A stretch of DNA of 32,000 bases, taken from the NCBI RefSeq assembly GCF_000018305.1, contig NC_009954.1, positions 1,920,001-1,952,000 of the forward strand. Direction: 5' to 3'. This document shows positions 26,057-32,000 of this stretch, piece after piece. Position numbers and translations under genes: made by a program. The DNA comes from Caldivirga maquilingensis IC-167 (GTDB lineage: Archaea > Thermoproteota > Thermoprotei > Thermoproteales > Thermocladiaceae). Numbering within the stretch: position 1 is the stretch's first letter; every line of letters begins with the position of its first letter. Under the pieces are notes generated by a model, which ran no database searches, was not told the DNA's origin, and saw only the letters and a program-made list of their open reading frames with translations.

Positions 26057-26130
26057 TGGGCCCGCCGGGATTTGAACCCGGGACCTTCCGGTTATGAGCC
26101 GGACGCTCCACCATGCTGAGCTACGGGCCC
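26057..26130 (-). tRNA. tRNA with CAU anticodon (elongator tRNA-Met, or tRNA-Ile2 if C34 is agmatidinylated)
   Basis: Minus strand reads GGGCCCG-TA-GCTC-AGCATGGTG-GAGC-G-TCCGG-CTCATAA-CCGGA-AGGTC-CCGGG-TTCAAAT-CCCGG-CGGGCCC-A. This folds into a perfect cloverleaf with no intron and no encoded CCA. G1-C72 argues against an initiator tRNA. A TATA-like TAAAAAG (plus 26154-26160) lies about 27 nt upstream. Confidence 0.93.
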
Positions 26131-26208
26131 TATTAACCTATGGTTGCCTAAGACTTTTTAACTTTTACCTCAGTGGCTTTTTAAACCATTCCCTTAATTA
26201 AGCATGAT

Positions 26209-26706
26209 TCACCACTCAAGGCCCATGACTCCCACAATACCCTTATCATAGTAATGCTTAACAGGCTTAAACTCAGTTACTAGGTCGGCTAACTCAAGGA
26301 ATTCACTTGGTGCATTACGGCCTGTTAAAACGACGTTAACCTCATTGGGTAGCTTCCTTAAGCCATCAATAACTTCACGACTAGTCATTAACCCACCGTT
26401 AACTGCATTGTTAACCTCATCCAATACTAGTAGGAAGGGTTTAATCATAATGCTCCTTTCAATAGCCTTGTTGAAAACATCCCTAGGGGTCCTTAAGGCT
26501 TCCTCACTCATGTAATACACCTCAACCAGATCACTCATCTTAAGTAATGCCGAGTATTCACCAACCCACTGTCCTCTGTAAATTAGGGTCTTCATAACGT
26601 GTGCAACTATTGACCTTAATCCATGGCCGTAAGCCCTCAGCACCAGGCCTAATGCTGCAGTGGTCTTACCCTTACCATCACCAGTGTAGACTAGTATTAA
26701 ACCCAT
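26209..26706 (-). CDS. cobA: Cob(I)yrinic acid a,c-diamide / cob(I)alamin adenosyltransferase (CobA/BtuR family)
   Basis: GLILVYTGDGKGKTTAALGLVLRAYGHG...LLVLDEV...VVLTGRNAP...LADLVTEFKPVKHYYDKG matches the CobA P-loop family. I moved the start to ATG26706 (M24 of the track ORF) because CTTATATA (minus; plus 26730-26737) lies about 27 nt upstream. Confidence 0.85.
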   Translation of the reverse strand: MGLILVYTGDGKGKTTAALGLVLRAYGHGLRSIVAHVMKTLIYRGQWVGEYSALLKMSDLVEVYYMSEEALRTPRDVFNKAIERSIMIKPFLLVLDEVNNAVNGGLMTSREVIDGLRKLPNEVNVVLTGRNAPSEFLELADLVTEFKPVKHYYDKGIVGVMGLEW

Positions 26707-26869
26707 AGACTGGGTATAATAATCAGTGGTATATAAGGCATAAGCTTTAATGAAGCGGTAGCTACTATTTCTCATAATTAATAATCCTCTACTTAAGTAA
26801 TTTATTTAGCTATAATGTAATGGGAAGGCAAACCCATGGTGATGAATTAAAAAGCGTAAGGGCAATGAT

Positions 26870-27409
26870 TTATTGCTTATTACTCTCAGCCTTAGTGCTC
26901 ATGCTTTGTCCCTTCCTCCATGCCTCATGCTCACTAGGTTCAATACTGGCCCAAATCTCCTCAAGGGTAACGTACTTTAAACCAGGCCTAAGCCTGAGCA
27001 TTGAGCCTGGAATCACGTAAGCCGCCTTACCGCTGTATTCACTTGGTACACCCATGAATATTCTAATCCTCTTCAAGGCTGACTTACCCTTACTCCTCTT
27101 ATACGGAAGCATACCCCTAATAATTCTCCTAAGGATCCTATCCGGCCTCCTAGGCCACTTTGGCCCAACCTTCTCTGGGTTATAATGAGTCCTTATCTCA
27201 CTCATTCTCCTCTTAAACCAATCAATAACCATGTTCCTATCCCCTGTTACCACAGCCTTCTCAGCGTTAATTATTATAACCCTCTTACCCTGTAGTGCTA
27301 ATTTAGCAACCACGGTTGCTAACCTTCCTGCAACGTGGTTTGATGCATCAATCACTACCTCATTTTCCTTGGGTAATTCACCCTTATTAAGCACCTTAAC
27401 CTCACTCAT
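26870..27409 (-). CDS. rpl13: 50S ribosomal protein uL13
   Basis: VIDASNHVAGRLATVVAKLALQGKRVIIINAEKAVVTG...RRPDRILRRIIRGMLPYKRSKGKSALKRIRIFMGVP is the conserved archaeal L13 core. It has a ~35-aa C-terminal extension. Confidence 0.92.
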   Translation of the reverse strand: MSEVKVLNKGELPKENEVVIDASNHVAGRLATVVAKLALQGKRVIIINAEKAVVTGDRNMVIDWFKRRMSEIRTHYNPEKVGPKWPRRPDRILRRIIRGMLPYKRSKGKSALKRIRIFMGVPSEYSGKAAYVIPGSMLRLRPGLKYVTLEEIWASIEPSEHEAWRKGQSMSTKAESNKQ

Positions 27410-27569
27410 AACTTAACCGAGGCACACTGGTGGGGGGCCTTTTAAATAATTTGCACCATGATTAATGCTAAGCCCAGGGATTCATCATAATTTTCCATTA
27501 TTCAGCGTCAGTGAAGTTGAATTAAATGTTAAAAGCTTAAATAACCCTATAGGGGAATATAAGCGTATT

Positions 27570-28982
27570 ATGTTTAACTTAAGGAAAGGGCAGATGAGCG
27601 CCATTGAGGCCATAGTTATTGTAGTTGTTATTGTATTAATGGTAATAGTATTCATTAGACTAATCCCCAGTTACCTACCCACGGCAGGCAGTGAGGTTAA
27701 TACACTTCAATTAAACGCCCTGGCTCAAAGCCTACTAAACTACATTATCACTAATCCAGGTAATCCAGTTTACTGGGGTCAGAATGCAAGCCTAATGAAT
27801 GCCTTTGGCCTAGCCTCATTTAACTCACCCTACTCCCTTGATCCATTTAAGGTACTTCAATTAGTATTCTGGGACTATGCGAATAATGCCAGTGTAGCCG
27901 TATCGCCAGGCAATATTAGGGGTTACTGCAGTATTAATCAAATAAATGGTGTGGGTTTCCAACAATTCCTAAGCCAGTACGGTATTAGCTACGTAACCTT
28001 GAATTACCTCTGGTTATTCACTGTTGGTTACCCAACGAACTGGGTGATTAGTTATAATCAGGTTAAGCAACTTCTTGGTTTAGGTAATAGTTATGACTTC
28101 GTTATTGTAATTCACCCACTCTACATGATTAGGGTAATTAACTTAACCTCAAACATAGCCTACATTAAGGTTACCGACTACTCCACCGGTGTAGCAATAC
28201 CTAATGCGACGGTTACCGTGCAGTACTTTATAACATCACTGGCATCTAATAATGCTGTCTTTTACCAGGGTTACTCATCAGGAATAACCAACTCTAATGG
28301 GGTGGCTTCAATCAGCTTACCCGTAGCCTTTAACCCAAGTAATTACTACTACATGGTTATTACAGCGCAGACAGCTGGGTTGAAGGACTACGCCTACTAC
28401 CAATACCCTGCTATTCAAATACCATTACTAACCGTTGGCATAGTACCCTTAATTAACAGTAATGGGTATAGCGTAGTATTCGCTGACCCACACATATTCA
28501 CTAACTGCCTACTGGGGGTGAGTTTAAGTAATCCAAGTCAGTCTGCATTAGGTTTAAGGGTAGTTGCGGTATATAAGTCAATATATAATTTCACAACAAT
28601 GAGCATTAACTTCACCTTTAACCCATCTAGGGGTAGTAATAGTTACCCAGTTTCATGCACGATCTTAAGTAGTAGTAATCCTCCTAATTACTCAGCCTGC
28701 TACTGGAACCTACCCAGCACACCCATGCTTCTACTGGTTTGGATTCAGAGGAATAGCCAAGGCCAAAGTGGCTCAGTACCCTTAAGTCAATTACTGGTAA
28801 TACCCTTAGGCTATAACCCGGACTTATACTTAGTGAATAGGACAATAATCTTCGGTTACCCAGTTAAGTACGCACCCACTGGTGTGTCTAGGGCTTTAGT
28901 CTACATTGGTGATGCAGCCTACGTGATTAAGCTTTACCTATACTATAGGGGTAACGCCTTCAGCGGATTAGGGGTGAGTTAA
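27570..28982 (+). CDS. Large secreted protein with class III (type IV prepilin-like) signal peptide; contains a CarboxypepD_reg-like beta-sandwich segment
   Basis: The N-terminus from ATG27570 is MFNLRKG|QMSAIEAIVIVVVIVLMVIVFI: a basic leader, G-Q, then an unbroken hydrophobic helix. I count 8 N-x-S/T sequons. YIKVTDYSTGVAIPNATVTV...ITNSNGVASISLP (28161-28322) resembles the carboxypeptidase-regulatory-like fold motif. The track start at 27465 would add 35 non-signal-like residues. Confidence 0.6.
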   Translation: MFNLRKGQMSAIEAIVIVVVIVLMVIVFIRLIPSYLPTAGSEVNTLQLNALAQSLLNYIITNPGNPVYWGQNASLMNAFGLASFNSPYSLDPFKVLQLVFWDYANNASVAVSPGNIRGYCSINQINGVGFQQFLSQYGISYVTLNYLWLFTVGYPTNWVISYNQVKQLLGLGNSYDFVIVIHPLYMIRVINLTSNIAYIKVTDYSTGVAIPNATVTVQYFITSLASNNAVFYQGYSSGITNSNGVASISLPVAFNPSNYYYMVITAQTAGLKDYAYYQYPAIQIPLLTVGIVPLINSNGYSVVFADPHIFTNCLLGVSLSNPSQSALGLRVVAVYKSIYNFTTMSINFTFNPSRGSNSYPVSCTILSSSNPPNYSACYWNLPSTPMLLLVWIQRNSQGQSGSVPLSQLLVIPLGYNPDLYLVNRTIIFGYPVKYAPTGVSRALVYIGDAAYVIKLYLYYRGNAFSGLGVS

Positions 28983-28983
28983 A

Positions 28984-31080
28984 TTGAGGGGGCAGGCAGT
29001 AGTGCTCATAGCGTTAGTAATAGTCCTAGCTGCACTAGCCCTAGCCGTAGTGTTCAGGGTATTTGCAATGGCCCCAGCCTATGTTTACCAGAGGAGCATA
29101 TACTACGTCTTCAAGTATAACCCACTCCTAGTGACTCAAGGCTTAGCATTAAGCATGAATACTGCGGTTTACTCATTTGCAGTGAACTTTAGTAGGTATA
29201 TGGTTAACTACGGTGTAACAATGTACCTTCACGTACTGGCTGGGTGGACACCATTACCAACATCATTACTCAGCATGCTTCAGCAGGAGTTCAACCTAAT
29301 AATTAACACGGCCTACGCCCCCACAGGCTTAGCTGTGCCCGTGGGTCAACCAGTGTTTAACGTATCCGTATTCACTGATTTCTACGGTGCATTAGGGGTA
29401 CCTAATGTTAATATGATTTACAGTGGTGGTTCAGGGGCAGGTATTAGCATTGGTGTTTCACAGAAATTCAACATGCCCACCCTTGGAATTTACAACTTAA
29501 CCTTAAGTGATGCATTCAATTACACGGCGATATTCGTGCATCCAGGTAATTCAACATGCAACGTACCTACTAGGGCAATAACCTACACCGCAGTGTACTC
29601 ATGTACATTCAACTTCACATCACCCCAATACTACCGCTGCATTAACCCAGGCGTTAATGAAACAGGTTTAACATACTCAATCTGGGCTGGAATCCAATCC
29701 CCCCAAGGAATCCAAGAGGGGGCATTACTACTCTACCCCATTGATGAACTTGACTCATCAGGTGGCTTTAGGGTGAGCGCATTATTCAAGGTGACTAACA
29801 TAAATGACTTAAGCATAGGCTTAAGTATACTTGACCCATACCCATCAACCCCGCAGGGTTACGCTGGTTACACAATCATTGTGCAGTCCAGTTCCAATAA
29901 CCTAATGTACACAATCTATGCTGGCACTAATCAAGTAAGTCAAGGTACTGCGCCATTATCGGTATTATCTGGTAATGTAATTAACGTCACTATTCAGGTT
30001 ACTGGGATTACTGGTGGCCCATTCTCAAGTAACCCCACGGCCACAGCCACCTTCTACATTAATGGTTCAAGTGCTGCGTCATTCAGTGTTAGTTTGCCTA
30101 AGTGGAATTACATCTACTCGCAGGAATTCTCAAGTTATATGTATGAGTTGGCTGGTGTTGATAATGCCCAAGGTACTTATGCACCCATTGGATCATGGGT
30201 TACTATACTTAACTCAAGCGGTGCTAATATATTCATGGTTCAGGTTAGGCTTAAGCAAAACTACAGGCTGGTGGTTAATCCATTAATCCTAGTCAGCCTG
30301 AATAATGCACCAGCATTAGGCACTACACTTAACTTAGCGTACGTTAAGCCAACCGTGGGTTTAAGGTATCTTAACATTAGTTACGTTATATGCAATATAA
30401 CATCAAGTGGAGTAATCTATGAGGTTAATTTAAGCAGTATTAACCCGCAATTAATAGGCTACCCTTATAATCAATTACTAATCCTAACTAATTATTCAGG
30501 TATAGTGCTTGCCCTCAATCCATGGAGCCCAGGTGCCTTAGCCACGTATGGGGTTGATTACAGTGATTATATTCCATATTCGAAATATTCATCAACATCA
30601 ATGGTGGGTTACTATATTCAAGTCTACAATACGGCATCCAACTCATTAATCAACCTAGTTTACCTATGGAATGGTGGGGTGCCAACAGCATTAACAATAT
30701 ACCAGGGTGAATCCATACTAGTCTACTATGGCAGCCTTACTACAATATACCTGGTTAATGTGAAGGCATCCAGTGTTAACATTTACCCAGGCTTAGTGGG
30801 TTCACTTAAATTATACACCTTCAAAGAGACTATACTCAATATACCTCCCGGTTACATGGTGCTCAATGAAACAGCCCCATCCGCCTCACTTAACCCAGGT
30901 ATGGTTATAGCTTTTCAGTATCTACCCAGTGAAACACTACCCATAACTTACGTTAACTCAACAATAACTAACTGCTACTCGTTTGAGTATAATCAATTAG
31001 TTAATTATGCATTACTGCTTAATTATGTTCCCGGCCAGGGTTATGTTTACTATGGTTATGGGGGTGGTTCCGAATGTTGA
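28984..31080 (+). CDS. Very large secreted protein with class III-like signal peptide (MRG|Q...)
   Basis: The TTG start lies 1 nt after the previous stop. The N-terminus is MRG|QAVVLIALVIVLAALALAVVF. The protein is 698 aa with 16 N-x-S/T sequons by my count. It is rich in N/Y/S/T/V and poor in charged residues. I recognise no enzymatic motif. Confidence 0.6.
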   Translation: MRGQAVVLIALVIVLAALALAVVFRVFAMAPAYVYQRSIYYVFKYNPLLVTQGLALSMNTAVYSFAVNFSRYMVNYGVTMYLHVLAGWTPLPTSLLSMLQQEFNLIINTAYAPTGLAVPVGQPVFNVSVFTDFYGALGVPNVNMIYSGGSGAGISIGVSQKFNMPTLGIYNLTLSDAFNYTAIFVHPGNSTCNVPTRAITYTAVYSCTFNFTSPQYYRCINPGVNETGLTYSIWAGIQSPQGIQEGALLLYPIDELDSSGGFRVSALFKVTNINDLSIGLSILDPYPSTPQGYAGYTIIVQSSSNNLMYTIYAGTNQVSQGTAPLSVLSGNVINVTIQVTGITGGPFSSNPTATATFYINGSSAASFSVSLPKWNYIYSQEFSSYMYELAGVDNAQGTYAPIGSWVTILNSSGANIFMVQVRLKQNYRLVVNPLILVSLNNAPALGTTLNLAYVKPTVGLRYLNISYVICNITSSGVIYEVNLSSINPQLIGYPYNQLLILTNYSGIVLALNPWSPGALATYGVDYSDYIPYSKYSSTSMVGYYIQVYNTASNSLINLVYLWNGGVPTALTIYQGESILVYYGSLTTIYLVNVKASSVNIYPGLVGSLKLYTFKETILNIPPGYMVLNETAPSASLNPGMVIAFQYLPSETLPITYVNSTITNCYSFEYNQLVNYALLLNYVPGQGYVYYGYGGGSEC

Positions 31081-32000
31081 GGCTGGGTCAAGCTAGGTTG
31101 ATTGAGGCTGTGGCCGCGGTCTTAATAATAATTATATTATTCTCAATGCTTCCGCTTCTCTTTAAATCACCCCTTACACCACTTAGGAGTCAGATTCAGG
31201 TTGGTGTTAGTCAATACGCCTATAATTCATTATACACCCTGGTTACTAACCCATTATTCATAAATGCCTTAAGTAAGGGTAACTGGAGTACTATACATTC
31301 ATTGGCATCCGCCATAATTGGTCCTCAGTATAATTGGTTCATTGGCCTTGAACCCCTTTACAAGGCCTTAACCATAAGCTCATATAGTGTCATGCCTAAT
31401 TACGTTGCCTTAAACATAACCCTAGTACCAAGCCCAAGCACATACGGTGGCTATGCGTTAATTGATTTACCAATCCTCTTAATTAACCAGGGCTTACCCC
31501 TCAGTTATAGGATAAACACCAGTGTACCCATGGCTAACGTATTCATATTGAATAGTAATGGTAATCCTGTTAACTGGTGGTTAATGAGTTATAATTACGT
31601 CACTGGGGATGCCTTAATTTGGGTTAAGACTAGTTCAAGTAGGTTAACAATCATTGTTTCCAGGAATGGTTCCGTACCCTATAATCCAATCACCGGTGAA
31701 TACTGCAGTAACCCCTACTGCCCACCCTACGGTGGCTTAAGCTCATTCATGGCTACTTCACTGAATTTACCAATAGCTAATTATAATAATGGGTTAAGCG
31801 TGCTTAGTCAATTGAATGGTTTAAACCAGTACTGGTGGTTTAACCAATCTACTGCATTATGCTCCGGCGCTTACTCATTATCAGGTAACGTGCTTACTTT
31901 TAATGTTCCTCAATCATCATCAGCATCATGCACCTTACTTAACCCATCAATAATAGGTACGTACACAACATTAATTGGGCAGTTAATGAGCATAATACCT
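31074..32000 (+). CDS. Third class III-signal-like protein (partial, continues beyond the window); DUF2341/LamG-like segment
   Basis: Absent from the ORF track because it has no stop in the window. ATG31074 overlaps the previous stop (ATGTTGA). My translation is MLRLG|QARLIEAVAAVLIIIILFSMLPLLF... and stays open for 309 codons to the window edge. NVFILNSNGNPVNWWLMSYNYVTGDALIWVKTSSSRLTIIVSRNG resembles the DUF2341 pattern (F.d.dG..l.yw.e.w....a.vWVK......i.iyyGN). Confidence 0.6.
   Translation, partial: MLRLGQARLIEAVAAVLIIIILFSMLPLLFKSPLTPLRSQIQVGVSQYAYNSLYTLVTNPLFINALSKGNWSTIHSLASAIIGPQYNWFIGLEPLYKALTISSYSVMPNYVALNITLVPSPSTYGGYALIDLPILLINQGLPLSYRINTSVPMANVFILNSNGNPVNWWLMSYNYVTGDALIWVKTSSSRLTIIVSRNGSVPYNPITGEYCSNPYCPPYGGLSSFMATSLNLPIANYNNGLSVLSQLNGLNQYWWFNQSTALCSGAYSLSGNVLTFNVPQSSSASCTLLNPSIIGTYTTLIGQLMSIIP

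Noticed and set aside
26057-26208. The tRNA(CAU) locus as an integration site of a mobile element or provirus.
   Set aside because: The window contains no integrase or transposase gene and no direct repeat of the tRNA 3' half. The flanking genes (HPS-like, cobA, rpl13) are housekeeping genes.
27465-27569. The track's upstream ATG27465 start for the first pilin-like gene, which would add 35 N-terminal residues (MLSPGIHHNFPLFSVSEVELNVKSLNNPIGEYKRI).
   Set aside because: The extension is neither signal-like nor hydrophobic. ATG27570 gives a canonical short basic leader matching the two downstream paralogous N-termini, and a TATA-like CTTAAATAA sits about 30 nt upstream. A promoter at 27441-27448 could still produce a leader containing this region, so the call is not certain.
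1-32000. CRISPR arrays, IS elements, toxin-antitoxin pairs or known defence-system genes.
   Set aside because: Reading the intergenic regions showed no regularly spaced direct repeats, no terminal inverted repeats flanking ORFs, and no nuclease, transposase or Cas-like motifs. The only repeats are the Thr-codon tract and short hairpins.

Overview
Gene-dense stretch of an archaeal chromosome with about 35 protein genes, one tRNA, two candidate C/D-box sRNAs and no CRISPR array or recognisable mobile element. Archaeal identity rests on L7Ae, S28e, RpoH, Pelota, RtcB, a GHMP-type shikimate kinase and TATA boxes about 26 nt upstream of start codons. AT-rich codon usage with AGG/ATA suggests a Thermoproteales-like hyperthermophilic crenarchaeon, which is inference only. 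Most of the window is housekeeping. It holds scattered ribosomal protein genes (uS14, L7Ae, S28e, uL13), rpoH, aroA, archaeal aroK, pelota, rtcB and a four-subunit 2-oxoacid:ferredoxin oxidoreductase operon. It also holds a lone SdhA-like flavoprotein, an HPS-like aldolase, CobA, MscS, LysO, Usp, Hsp20, an E1-like ThiF protein and an AcnX small subunit. The best candidate for an undescribed system is at the right edge (27570 to beyond 32000). Three tightly coupled genes there encode very large, sequon-rich proteins whose N-termini all look like class III (type IV prepilin-like) signal peptides with a shared G-Q motif. The third gene is absent from the supplied ORF track and runs off the window. 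Other items worth a second look are a ~10-TM membrane domain fused to a classic AAA+ ATPase, two intergenic C/D-box sRNA candidates with near-canonical spacing, an orphan Thr-linker solute-binding protein, a Cys-rich small protein, an hsp20-rpoH pair and an SdhA without partner subunits. All function calls rest on motif recognition by eye; no database search was possible.
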